A stretch of DNA of 37,385 nucleotides from a virus (lineage: Duplodnaviria; Heunggongvirae; Uroviricota; Caudoviricetes). The DNA lies in IMG/VR virus record IMGVR_UViG_2651869691_000008. The stretch is one strand, 5' to 3'. Position numbers and translations under genes: made by a program. The notes under the pieces were generated by a model, which saw nothing but the letters and a program-made list of their open reading frames with translations, was not told where the DNA came from and ran no database searches. Shown piece by piece: positions 17,969-27,252 of this stretch (positions are counted from its first letter, which is position 1; every line of letters begins with the position of its first letter).

Positions 17969-18357
17969 GCCGGATAGGCTCCGTGTGGTAACTGAAAATG
18001 CGGTCCGTCTTTCAGAGTCTTCCAGTCGCCGCCCCATTCCACCGGAATATTCAGTTCCCGGCTGGCCTGTCTGAATGCTGCTGCGATTTTTTCGTACAGC
18101 GGCCATTCCCATGACACCTGGCTGCCGATATAAGCCACAACATCCACGGCATGCCCCGTAAGGTGGCGGCTGTTCATGGTCTGGCTCTTACCCGTGGCCA
18201 CCAGTTGCTTCTGGCGGTAACGGCTGCGCAACCCTTCGGTGATACCAAAATCCACTTCCGAGATTTCCAGTGCCCGTCGGGTCACTTTCACCAGATCAGG
18301 ATTTACGCCCTGCAAATTCTTTTCGCTCCGGCTGCTGAATTTAAATGTGTTGCTCAT
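17965..18357 (-). CDS. endolysin, peptidase M15 family (L-alanyl-D-glutamate peptidase-like)
   Basis: 130 aa with ...SRHLTGHAVDV...WGGDW..., zinc-peptidase-like motifs; not a P2 K-type lysozyme. Confidence 0.7.
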   Translation of the reverse strand: MSNTFKFSSRSEKNLQGVNPDLVKVTRRALEISEVDFGITEGLRSRYRQKQLVATGKSQTMNSRHLTGHAVDVVAYIGSQVSWEWPLYEKIAAAFRQASRELNIPVEWGGDWKTLKDGPHFQLPHGAYPA

Positions 18358-18692
18358 TCGTCCTTCTCCTTCACCCTGCGATTAAAGGCCGCAATAACCT
18401 TGTCGCGTGCTTTCTCTGCACCCATAAAACCGATTGATGCGCCGATAAACGTCACGGCATCTTCAGGAAACCCGAAGAAGCGCAACGACCCGGCCACGGC
18501 CATGGCAAGAACGCCGCACGCCAGCGATCCCGTTACGGTCTGAACCAGTGTTCGTCCGTCATAAAGACTCATCAGCGCGGAAATGCTGACCGCCGCGCCT
18601 ACTGCATACACCGTTGGCAGGTGGTCAAAGAGCCACGCAATAACCTGCTCTGTGATCCCTGTTTGAATGGTGCTCACTGCTACTCCCCCCAC
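18354..18692 (-). CDS. holin (P2 gpY position)
   Basis: 112 aa with multiple hydrophobic helices and charged C-terminus; between X and the endolysin. Confidence 0.6.
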   Translation of the reverse strand: MGGVAVSTIQTGITEQVIAWLFDHLPTVYAVGAAVSISALMSLYDGRTLVQTVTGSLACGVLAMAVAGSLRFFGFPEDAVTFIGASIGFMGAEKARDKVIAAFNRRVKEKDE

Positions 18693-18880
18693 AACTGAAT
18701 CATTTCTCGTTTCTTCTTCTCCGGCTCCGGCATCTCAACTTCCTGCCCGGCGTCCAGAAATACCTGCTGACAGAGTCCGGGGTTGGCATCCAGCACCTTT
18801 TCGGTGACGCCCTGCGTCGTGCCGTAGTACCGGAAACAGAGCGAATCCACGGTGTCGCCTTCCAGTGCCTTCACTTTCAT
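18680..18880 (-). CDS. tail protein X-like (P2 gpX position)
   Basis: ATG at 18880 gives MKVKALEGDTVDSLCFRYYG...; start overlaps the L stop. Confidence 0.55.
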   Translation of the reverse strand: MKVKALEGDTVDSLCFRYYGTTQGVTEKVLDANPGLCQQVFLDAGQEVEMPEPEKKKREMIQLWGE

Positions 18881-19383
18881 CAGCACAACTCCGCAAAGAT
18901 TCGCGGGCGGCACAGAATGTCAGAGATGGCCCAGCTCACATCGCGCCACAAATCCGATGTCTGTATATCCAGAGCGTCCGCCCGGCGGTCGCCCTTGTCC
19001 GTAGTGTCTGCATCACGATAACGCTCCAGAATCAGGGCGCGCGTGGCGGTATAAACAGCATTGCGCCAGTGCCAGAGATTGACGCTTTCTCCGTTAATTA
19101 CGGGTGCCGGAACATCGGCCAGCGTCTGATGGCCAGCTGCCTGCTGTTCCTGCTGCCATGCTTCCAGCTCGCGGGTAACGTGTGCCACAGCCCCGGTGGC
19201 AGTATGCAGCAGGCGGGAGGTGGTCACGCGCCCCGGCAGTCGTACCGCCAGACGCAGCTCGCGCAGCACAATATCCGGCCAGAATGCACCCGCTGAAATG
19301 CGGGTATCGCCATCATCGGTATCGGTGATGTCGTCCTCTGCGGGTCCGGGGTTGGTTCTGGCAACCATACTCATGGGGTTCAC
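18880..19383 (-). CDS. head completion / stabilisation protein (P2 gpL-like)
   Basis: 167-aa ORF after the terminase small subunit. Confidence 0.75.
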   Translation of the reverse strand: MNPMSMVARTNPGPAEDDITDTDDGDTRISAGAFWPDIVLRELRLAVRLPGRVTTSRLLHTATGAVAHVTRELEAWQQEQQAAGHQTLADVPAPVINGESVNLWHWRNAVYTATRALILERYRDADTTDKGDRRADALDIQTSDLWRDVSWAISDILCRPRIFAELC

Positions 19384-19475
19384 TCCTGAAAAAATCGGGC
19401 GGTGGGTGCGCGGTGTAAGCGGTCACGGAGTCAAACCGGAACACCGCGCACGCCGCCCGCTGACGGGGTCAGTCG

Positions 19476-20276
19476 TTAACCGCGCTTCGCCTTCTGCGTC
19501 GCGGTGGTTTTTCGTGTTGCAGGCTTCCGCGTTGTCTTTTTACTTTTGCTGCTTTCGTCCTGCGCCTGCGGTGTGCTGGCATCTTCTGGTGCGGCTGCGG
19601 AATCGGCTTTTTTCAGGGCGCGGGAAAGGGTTGCAATCTCGCGTTTCACACCTGCGTTCGGGTTCAGGTGCATTGCTTCGCGCAGCAGCTTCAGTGACAG
19701 GGCCATGCTGTCCGCATCACTCAGGCCACGGCGGGCAAAGGCGCACGCCTTGCATAATTTGGCGCGCACTTCGTCCGGCATGTCCTGGTCGGTGACAATC
19801 TCCCGGAGGGTGTCCAGTGGTTCGATAAAGGCGGACAAATCCGCGTCGGCATCCGTCCCGGCCTGCGTCAGTACCGGATTACAGATTTCTTCGGTCAGTA
19901 CCGTGGCAGCAGTACGGCCAAAGTTATCCGGCATGATGAGGTTGTGACGGACTACATACGCACCAATACGCAGCGCCAGCGGAAGATCGCCGCAGTCAAT
20001 CGCCCACACCATCAGCGTGGCAATCACTTCATCCTGCTGCCCGCCGTCAGCCTCCAGCGTTCCCTCAATCCAGCCGGAAAAGTCCGGCAACAACTCTTTT
20101 TTGATGGCGGCTTTGGCGCTTCTGGCCTGTACGCCCTTAAGCCGGGCCTGTGCCAGACGCAGACGATACAGCACCTCTTCATGCGCGGTACGCGCGGCGT
20201 GGTCCACGCCTTCATTCGCCCGGCCTGCGCGCTGTGCCATCACGTTCTGCCAGTGTTGCTGTGCAGGAGTAATCAT
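19476..20276 (-). CDS. terminase small (endonuclease) subunit (P2 gpM-like)
   Basis: 266 aa with basic Lys/Arg/Thr-rich C-terminal tail; position after the capsid gene. Confidence 0.8.
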   Translation of the reverse strand: MITPAQQHWQNVMAQRAGRANEGVDHAARTAHEEVLYRLRLAQARLKGVQARSAKAAIKKELLPDFSGWIEGTLEADGGQQDEVIATLMVWAIDCGDLPLALRIGAYVVRHNLIMPDNFGRTAATVLTEEICNPVLTQAGTDADADLSAFIEPLDTLREIVTDQDMPDEVRAKLCKACAFARRGLSDADSMALSLKLLREAMHLNPNAGVKREIATLSRALKKADSAAAPEDASTPQAQDESSKSKKTTRKPATRKTTATQKAKRG

Positions 20277-20321
20277 TTTTTCTCTCCGTTACAGGCGGGC
20301 ATGATGCCCGCCGTGAGTTGA

Positions 20322-21374
20322 TTAGCTGTCGGCGAACTTCAGGCCAGTGACCATCGCGCACTTGCCATAGTCTTCAACGACATAAGCGTCATTGATGGAC
20401 TGGTAGGTGGCGATGCGGTTGTATTCCGGTTCGTCTTTCATCAGACGACGCATTGAACCTTTCTGCCAGTAAATCGACAGGTTGTTGAACGAGGTGATCA
20501 GCATCGTTGCATCCGGGAAGAACGGCGCAAGGAACACGCCCAGCCCGCCAATGGTGCGCGATGACAGGATGAGCTGCCCGGCAAGTAATTCCGCATTGGG
20601 ATTCTGGCCGCTGATGCTGTTCAGCACGGGCAGACGCAGCGAGTTAAACAGGTTGCGCCCCATAATCACCACGAGGTCGTCAGCTTCCTTGTGCCATTCA
20701 TCCAGCAGGGATGAGCGTGCGTCCTGTACCAGTGCATCAGCGTTCGCATACTTACCCGCGTGCGCCACGGTGTTGTCCATGTTGCGGGAGGTCAGCGTCA
20801 CGTCATTCATAACGCGCTCGCTGGCGTCGGTTCTGATGTGCTCCAGCCAGCCCACGTTAACGTCCTGAAGCAGCTTGTTGGTGCTGAAGTTGGACTCATC
20901 CGCGTGAGACGTGCCGTTGAAACCGATCATGATGCGGTCAAGCGCCACCTGTCGGGCAATCTGTGCGCTGATGCGGGACTGAAAATCAGGATGTGCCGCC
21001 CAGGCATCAAGCTGCGGATATGAAATAAACGTATCGTAGTTCACCTGTTCGCACTGGTATTTGCGTTTTTTCAGATCAACCACGTTATTCGGGTTACGGC
21101 GTTTTGTGCCGTCATAACTGGTATTCGTGCGCGCAATCGGTCCTGTGGTATCCAGGAGGATTTTTTCGCCTTTCTGGTCGGTCACGCCGATCACGTTAAT
21201 TCTTTTTGTAAATTCGGTGCTTTCCTTTGAGGCGTTTTCAAAACGCTGCTGCACCGAGGGTTCTACGGTAAATCGCGATACCAGCGCAGAGACCGGGATA
21301 TTGTTAAGCGACGCCTGCTGCGTCATGTAGCAGCCCAGCTTGTTACGGGTAATATCTGACATCACCAGATTCAT
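20322..21374 (-). CDS. major capsid protein (P2 gpN-like)
   Basis: 350 aa; FTVEPSVQQ...INVIGVTDQKGEKI...YVVEDYGKCAMV motifs resemble P2 N; AGGAG RBS. Confidence 0.9.
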   Translation of the reverse strand: MNLVMSDITRNKLGCYMTQQASLNNIPVSALVSRFTVEPSVQQRFENASKESTEFTKRINVIGVTDQKGEKILLDTTGPIARTNTSYDGTKRRNPNNVVDLKKRKYQCEQVNYDTFISYPQLDAWAAHPDFQSRISAQIARQVALDRIMIGFNGTSHADESNFSTNKLLQDVNVGWLEHIRTDASERVMNDVTLTSRNMDNTVAHAGKYANADALVQDARSSLLDEWHKEADDLVVIMGRNLFNSLRLPVLNSISGQNPNAELLAGQLILSSRTIGGLGVFLAPFFPDATMLITSFNNLSIYWQKGSMRRLMKDEPEYNRIATYQSINDAYVVEDYGKCAMVTGLKFADS

Positions 21375-21397
21375 AAAAAATTTGCTCCTTTGTCTTA

Positions 21398-22234
21398 TCA
21401 GAAGTCAGCCAGCTGGTCGGAGGCTGCGCCCGTTGCGGTGAACCGGTTCTGCGGATCGCCGTCCTGCGTGCGCAGTTTTTCCTTCAGTGCTGCCAGCTCT
21501 GTGGTCAGTGAAGTGATTTTCTGGCGGTCCTGCTGATGGCGGGTTTCCAGTGCATTAAAACGGTCGATAATGTCGGCCTGTGACGTTGCGACGCTTTCCA
21601 CCGCTTCCTGAATACGGGAGAAACTGGCGTCATCCGCTTTGCGGCCACGACCAATAATCCCCATTACGCGGTTAAACCACTGGGTGCCTTCTTCCTGGCG
21701 TTGTTCTGCCATTTCGATGATTTCAGACTCGATGGCTTCGGAGATAAGCGGTGCTTCACCCTGGATACTGTTGAACGTCATCACCGCCTGACGTTGCTGT
21801 GCCGTGAATTTCAGGCGCTCAGTGCCCAGGCTTGCCGGGGTGTCGGTCATCGCCAGCCCGACCAGATAGGCGCGCCCGTTAACGGAGAACTGCGGGTGCA
21901 GTTCGATACTGGAATAGATTTTCTTGCCGTCAGCGACAAGCTGCTTCATGCGCTCGGTCGGTTCGATTTCTGCATACAGCGCAGTACGTCCGGCCAGCGG
22001 ACCTTCCGTAATGTCTTCCGTACTCAGTGCGGTGACATCGCCCATTGCGGAAAATTCGCTTGACGGGCATGGCGAGAGATAGTGCTCAACGTTCACGCGG
22101 GCAGCGTAAACATCCGGGTTGAAGTTCTCGGCGGCTTCACGCAGATGCACCGGACTGATTTCACGGCCATCAACAGTTGATCCGGAGACAGCCACGCGAA
22201 ACTTTTTGCGGGATGTCTTTTTTTCATTAGCCAT
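21398..22234 (-). CDS. capsid scaffolding protein (P2 gpO-like)
   Basis: 278 aa, basic N-terminus, coiled-coil C-terminus; first gene of the operon divergent from P. Confidence 0.85.
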   Translation of the reverse strand: MANEKKTSRKKFRVAVSGSTVDGREISPVHLREAAENFNPDVYAARVNVEHYLSPCPSSEFSAMGDVTALSTEDITEGPLAGRTALYAEIEPTERMKQLVADGKKIYSSIELHPQFSVNGRAYLVGLAMTDTPASLGTERLKFTAQQRQAVMTFNSIQGEAPLISEAIESEIIEMAEQRQEEGTQWFNRVMGIIGRGRKADDASFSRIQEAVESVATSQADIIDRFNALETRHQQDRQKITSLTTELAALKEKLRTQDGDPQNRFTATGAASDQLADF

Positions 22235-22387
22235 AGTTTTGCCCCTCTGACTGGTTCTTCAGTCATGATGGCAAAGCGTAACAGGCTGATACAAAGGGCT
22301 TTTGTTGTAAGAAAACGGCCAGAACAGGGGGTTAAGGAGAACAGTTTCGCGCGCGGGTAATCTTCCTGTAATTACTCAGGGGGAGCA

Positions 22388-24139
22388 ATGATTCAGGACG
22401 CTTTTGTGCGCCAGCGTGCGCGGCAACTTTACTGGCAGGGTTATCCGCCCGCAGAAATATCACGTCTGATGGGAATAAACCCGAACACGATTTATGCGTG
22501 GAAAAAACGCGACCAGTGGGATGAAACGCCACCCGTGCAGCGTGTCACGCAGTCCATCGATGCGCGCCTCATCCAGCTTACTGAAAAACAGAATAAAACA
22601 GGTGGTGACTTTAAGGAAATAGACCTGCTGACCCGGCAGCTTAAAAAACTGCATGATGGCCAGCCGGATGCGACGGCCACAGGAAAGAAAGGCCGGGCGA
22701 AAAAACTCAAAAATCATTTCACGCCGGAGCAGATTGCCGCACTGCGGGAAAAAATCATCAGCAGGCTCGAGTGGCATCAGCGGGGCTGGTTTGACTCCCT
22801 GACCCTTTGCAGAGAAGCCGGGATACGTAACAGGATGATCCTGAAATCCCGACAGATTGGGGCGACCTGGTATTTTGCACAGGAAGCACTGCTGATGGCG
22901 CTGCGTGACGATGTGGCACAACCATACCAGCGTAACCAGATTTTTTTGTCTGCGTCGCGTCGTCAGGCGTTCCAGTTTAAAAGCATTATTCAGAAGGCCG
23001 CGGCTGAAGTTGATGTGGAGCTGAAAGGGGGCGATAAAATCATCCTCTCCAACGGCGCAGAGCTGCATTTTCTCGGCACTTCTGCTGCGTCGGCACAGTC
23101 CTATACGGGCAATTTTTATTTTGATGAATTTTTCTGGGTCAGTCGCTTTGCTGAACTGCGCAAGGTGGCTGGCGCTATGGCAACCCTCAGCGGACTGCGG
23201 CGCACCTACTTCTCCACGCCATCCACCGAAACGCACGAGGCATACGCCTACTGGAACGGCGACCGCTGGAACGAGAAAAAGGCCACGCATAAACGCCAGC
23301 GTTTTTCTGTGGACTGGAAAACGCTGCATAACGGGCTTATCTGCCCTGACCGGACGTGGCGGCAAATTGTCACGCTGGAAGATGTGGTTAATCACGGCTG
23401 GAAACACACCGATATTGACGAAATTCGTGATGAAAACACCGAAGACGAGTTCCGCAATCTCTATATGTGTGAGTTTGTCCGCGAAGGGGAATCGGCATTT
23501 AACCTGAATATCCTGATTGGCTGCGGTGTTGACGGATACGACGACTGGAAAGACTGGAAACCTTTTGCTCCCCGCCCGATGGGGAATCGTCCGGTATGGA
23601 TTGGGTATGACGCAAACGGCAGCAGTGGCAACGGCGACAGCGGCGCTGTGTCCGTGGTGGTTCCTCCGGCTGTTCCTGGTGGCCGTTTTCGAACGGTGGA
23701 GACGCGACGCGTTCAGGGGCTGGAGTTTGAAGAACAGGCCAGAGTCATTGAAGAGTTCACGTGTAGCTACAACGTGGAACACATCGGCATTGATGTGACG
23801 GGCGGGAACGGGGAGGCTGTTTATCAGATAGTGAAGCGGTTTTTCCCTGCTGCTATTCCGTACACCTTCACGCTGTCATCCAAACGGTCGCTGGTACTGA
23901 AAATGCTGCAAATAATGCGTGCCGGACGGTGGGAATACGATCGCGCCGAACGCGAGCTGGTCGCGGCCTTTAACGCCGTGCGTAAGGTGAAAACACCGGG
24001 CGGCTTTATCACTTACGAAACGGACCGCGCGAGGGGGATCAGCCACGGCGACCTTGCGTGGGCAACCATGCTTGCTGTCATTAACGAACCAATTGGCGGC
24101 GAAGGAGAAAACGAGCGTTTCACGGTTATGGAGTTCTGA
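22388..24139 (+). CDS. terminase large (ATPase) subunit (P2 gpP-like)
   Basis: 583-aa ORF divergent from O; terminase-like size and position. Confidence 0.9.
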   Translation: MIQDAFVRQRARQLYWQGYPPAEISRLMGINPNTIYAWKKRDQWDETPPVQRVTQSIDARLIQLTEKQNKTGGDFKEIDLLTRQLKKLHDGQPDATATGKKGRAKKLKNHFTPEQIAALREKIISRLEWHQRGWFDSLTLCREAGIRNRMILKSRQIGATWYFAQEALLMALRDDVAQPYQRNQIFLSASRRQAFQFKSIIQKAAAEVDVELKGGDKIILSNGAELHFLGTSAASAQSYTGNFYFDEFFWVSRFAELRKVAGAMATLSGLRRTYFSTPSTETHEAYAYWNGDRWNEKKATHKRQRFSVDWKTLHNGLICPDRTWRQIVTLEDVVNHGWKHTDIDEIRDENTEDEFRNLYMCEFVREGESAFNLNILIGCGVDGYDDWKDWKPFAPRPMGNRPVWIGYDANGSSGNGDSGAVSVVVPPAVPGGRFRTVETRRVQGLEFEEQARVIEEFTCSYNVEHIGIDVTGGNGEAVYQIVKRFFPAAIPYTFTLSSKRSLVLKMLQIMRAGRWEYDRAERELVAAFNAVRKVKTPGGFITYETDRARGISHGDLAWATMLAVINEPIGGEGENERFTVMEF

Positions 24140-25185
24140 TGAGCAGAAAAAATAAAAAAGTGCGCATGAGTTCACGCATTGATCTCGCTGATGCGCTCAG
24201 GAAAGAATCATCGCTCAGTGCATTCACATTTGATGGTCCTTATCGCCTGACCGGGCATGACCTGCTGGACAATATGTACTGTGCTGATAACGGGCGGTGG
24301 TATGAAACCCCGGTGGACTGGTACGGTCTGGCAAGAGCCGCCCGGCAAACGTCCTGGCATCAGTCTGCGCTTTACTTTAAGCGCAATGTATTGCTCGGTT
24401 GCTACATCCCGCACCCGCTGCTTTCCCGGCAGGATTTCTCGGCGCTGGCGCTGGACTGGTTTGTGTTCGGTAACGCATTCCTTGAGCTTCGGAGTAATAT
24501 GCTCGGCGAACCACTTAAATTACGGCACGCACTGGCGAAATACGTGCGACGCGGAAGCGATCTTGAATCATGGTGGTATGTGCAGGATGGCAAGGACGCG
24601 TTTCAGTTTCGCCCTGGCAAAGTGTGCCACCTGATGAATCCGGACATTAACCAGGAAATTTACGGCATGCCGGAATATCTTGGCGCATTACTCTCGGCCA
24701 GCCTTTCTCATTCGGCGGACATGTTCAGAAAACTGTACTACGACAACGGATCCCACGCCGGGTGCATCATCTACATCGGTGCAGCGCAGGTAAACCGCGA
24801 AAGCATGGACTCCCTGAAAGAAACGCTACAGGGGGCACGTGGTGGTGGTGCGTTTAAAAACGTGCTCATTCATGCGCCCAACGGGGGCAAAGAGGGGGTG
24901 CAAATTTTGCCGTTCCAGCAGATCACCGCAAAAGATGAGTTCATGAATGTTAAGGCGGCATCCCGTGATGATGTGCTGGCTGCGCACCGCGTTCCGCCGC
25001 AACTGATGGGGGCGATGCCGGGCGAAAAAAGTGCGTTTGGTGATGTGGAGAAGGCCGCGCGGGTTTACGCAATTAACGAGCTGATGCCCGTCATGGAGGC
25101 CATGAAGCATATCAATGACTGGCTTGGCGAAGAGGTGATCCGCTTTAACCCTTACGCACTGTTAGATACCCAGCCCACATCCTGA
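24139..25185 (+). CDS. portal protein (P2 gpQ-like)
   Basis: 348-aa ORF overlapping the P stop (TGATG); last late gene before the cos region. Confidence 0.9.
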   Translation: MSRKNKKVRMSSRIDLADALRKESSLSAFTFDGPYRLTGHDLLDNMYCADNGRWYETPVDWYGLARAARQTSWHQSALYFKRNVLLGCYIPHPLLSRQDFSALALDWFVFGNAFLELRSNMLGEPLKLRHALAKYVRRGSDLESWWYVQDGKDAFQFRPGKVCHLMNPDINQEIYGMPEYLGALLSASLSHSADMFRKLYYDNGSHAGCIIYIGAAQVNRESMDSLKETLQGARGGGAFKNVLIHAPNGGKEGVQILPFQQITAKDEFMNVKAASRDDVLAAHRVPPQLMGAMPGEKSAFGDVEKAARVYAINELMPVMEAMKHINDWLGEEVIRFNPYALLDTQPTS

Positions 25186-25643
25186 CGCGCTTCGCTTGTC
25201 TGCTGCTTCGCCGGGGCATAAAAAATTTATGCCCCGACTCTCCAGCTCCTGTATCAGTCAGATAATTTCACGACGCTTTCCTGCTTATTGCCATCATCGA
25301 CGGTCAGACTCTTACGCAATCCCACTGCGCTGACTGCATGTTCTCGCCGCCTCAGTGCGATTTTGACGGCCTTACCTTTCACCCCATCAAACCAGAATCC
25401 CTCACGTATTTTTCACGCTCAGCGTGAGAAATACGGCCATTCTGTCGTGTCGCTGCGACATCGTTAAGGGAACGCTATTTACCCCCTGAAACGCGGGCTG
25501 TTCCCCCGTCACCTGCGCGCAGAAAAAACGCGTTTTTTTGTGCACGCACGGATCCTTGACGGATCCAGCCGCCACGGGGGTCGGAAGGGTAAAAAGTCGT
25601 TCAAAAAAATTGTGCAAATTTGTGCACTATTGTGCATTAAAAT

Positions 25644-25670
25644 AAACGCCCAGGAAGAGGGCGTTTTGGC
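25644..25670. terminator. bidirectional hairpin terminator closing the minus-strand cargo operon
   Basis: AAACGCCC-AGGAAGAG-GGGCGTTTT with T-runs on both strands. Confidence 0.5.
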
Positions 25671-25676
25671 TTATTT

Positions 25677-25937
25677 CTATAGCTTTGATGCAGGCTGGGC
25701 CAGATGCAAGGGTTGGACATACCAGCCTTTTGATAACCAACTCTCTGCAACCTCTTTACTCCTTGTTATTGCTGGTATTCCGATGCCGTTATTTACATGC
25801 ATCCATGCTACTGGCTCTGCTTCCAGTGATGCCAGTGCAATTTCATAAGCACGGCGCTCAATATTGTCTCGAACGTCCAAGCTGCCTATGCGCTCTTTGA
25901 TTTCTTTAATCAGTTCTTTGTCGGTGAAAGTTGTCAT
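25677..25937 (-). CDS. hypothetical protein (cargo operon gene 4)
   Basis: 86-aa ORF, GAGGA RBS, 3 nt after the upstream gene stop. Confidence 0.55.
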   Translation of the reverse strand: MTTFTDKELIKEIKERIGSLDVRDNIERRAYEIALASLEAEPVAWMHVNNGIGIPAITRSKEVAESWLSKGWYVQPLHLAQPASKL

Positions 25938-25940
25938 GTG

Positions 25941-26228
25941 TTAGTCCTCATCCACTTCAACGCCATCTTTCAGCGTGATGCCGTGCCAATCATCAGCCCA
26001 ACTGGTTAGCCCTGGCGCATCAATGCTAGGCATATAAACGCTTGCAGTGTGGTAGCCCTTATCGTTATCAATGCTGGCAACGTGCTCGCCGTTGTATGCG
26101 CTCAGCGTGTCCAGGACGCTATAAAACTTTCCTCCGGCTGCCCTGAAATCCTTTACAGCCTTCACAAGGCGATTCCACGCTTTTTCCTGTTCTGGCGTCA
26201 GGTCGATTAATTCCTGCAAAGTTGCCAT
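25941..26228 (-). CDS. hypothetical acidic protein (cargo operon gene 3)
   Basis: start refined to ATG at 26228 (AAGGAG RBS); MATLQELIDLTPEQEKAWNRL... Confidence 0.55.
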   Translation of the reverse strand: MATLQELIDLTPEQEKAWNRLVKAVKDFRAAGGKFYSVLDTLSAYNGEHVASIDNDKGYHTASVYMPSIDAPGLTSWADDWHGITLKDGVEVDED

Positions 26229-26229
26229 A

Positions 26230-26544
26230 TCACTCTCCTTTGATGTCAATGTTTACAGCTTGGCAAGCCTCTTTGAGCACCCAGTCAACAGCGTCTTTCC
26301 ATGCTCCGGTTTCGGTTGGCGGATTCTCACGTTTTACCAGTTCATAGAAACGTACTGCTCTAACCAGTCCATCTGACGGTTTTGCCTGTAGTACAGCCTG
26401 AGCTATACGGTATGCCTGGAGCATACGGGCGTCGTTGATATCCATTCCGAACGGAATTTCTGATGATCGTGATTCTGCATCTTCAAGCCTGGCAATTTCT
26501 TTACGTAAAAAGTATTTCAACTCTTGTTTTTGTTTTCTGTTCAT
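26230..26544 (-). CDS. hypothetical protein (cargo operon gene 2)
   Basis: 104-aa ORF; start ATG overlaps the upstream stop (ATGA). Confidence 0.55.
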   Translation of the reverse strand: MNRKQKQELKYFLRKEIARLEDAESRSSEIPFGMDINDARMLQAYRIAQAVLQAKPSDGLVRAVRFYELVKRENPPTETGAWKDAVDWVLKEACQAVNIDIKGE

Positions 26545-26873
26545 GTGTTTTTTCCCTTTTTGTCTGCCACTTCTCTCCTGATAATTTCATTGCACAAATC
26601 CACGCACTCATTGCAGATGTAAACAGACGGTCCAGCAATCACCTTTGTGACTTCGTACTGGGATTTATTGCAGAAGCTGCAATAAATCGTTTCCTCGCCT
26701 GAAGTCCATGTTTTGCTGGTTTCGCCAGACATCAGTTGTTTGAGGTCTTTTTCACGACGAAGAACTATCTGGCCACATTCAGCTATTTTTTGGATGTTGA
26801 CATTTTCTTCTTTCGCCAGCGCTTCCATCCGCTCAATCAGTCGCTGCGCTTTTTCTCTGTCAATGTGTTGCAT
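26541..26873 (-). CDS. ClpX N-terminal zinc-binding-domain-like protein (stand-alone ZBD with N-terminal helical extension)
   Basis: C-terminal ...[41 protein letters not shown] closely matches the ClpX N-domain ([37 protein letters not shown] as I recall it); no AAA+ module. Confidence 0.7.
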   Translation of the reverse strand: MQHIDREKAQRLIERMEALAKEENVNIQKIAECGQIVLRREKDLKQLMSGETSKTWTSGEETIYCSFCNKSQYEVTKVIAGPSVYICNECVDLCNEIIRREVADKKGKNT

Positions 26874-26936
26874 TGTGTCCCCTTTGTTTGTGTTCCCGGA
26901 TTAAAGTCATCAGGGCGGATGCGCCCTGATGTTGTA

Positions 26937-27248
26937 TTATTCGGGAAATAACGCCCGGATATTTCCGGCCATCTGACTGGTTATCTGTGCGGTTGATACT
27001 GGCTGTGATGCGGGGCGTTCTGTCCTGGTTTGTGTCACTGATAACGCTTCATCATCAGCCCATGCAGCCAGTCGGTAAGCCTCTGCCGGATTCATTTTCA
27101 GAAGTGCCAGCCCGGCCAGAAAAGCCACACGTTGGCCGCTTTTGCGGGCTTCTGGTGTAAGGCTGTCCAGCCAGGCGCATGCTTCGCCTTCGTTCTTGAC
27201 GGCGGCGGGCTTCAGATAGAAACTTATTCGTCTGGTTGGTGTCGTCAT
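26937..27248 (-). CDS. ParR-like DNA-binding partner protein
   Basis: ATG at 27248 (AAGGAG RBS), 4 nt after the ParM-like stop; N-terminal RRISFYLKP...LDSLTPEARKSGQRVAFLAGLAL and C-terminal NIRALFPE resemble plasmid R1 ParR as I recall it. Confidence 0.55.
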   Translation of the reverse strand: MTTPTRRISFYLKPAAVKNEGEACAWLDSLTPEARKSGQRVAFLAGLALLKMNPAEAYRLAAWADDEALSVTQTRTERPASQPVSTAQITSQMAGNIRALFPE

Positions 27249-27252
27249 TGGT

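Noticed and set aside
22460-23782. 440-aa minus-strand ORF antisense to the terminase large subunit
   Set aside because: It lies entirely inside the clearly homologous plus-strand terminase gene, and its Arg/Pro/His-rich translation is typical of an antisense frame in GC-rich coding DNA.
25213-25236. Hairpin GGGGCATAA...TTATGCCCC just after the portal gene as an intrinsic terminator
   Set aside because: There is no T-run on either side; it may be a protein-binding or RNA-stability element, but a terminator call is not supported.
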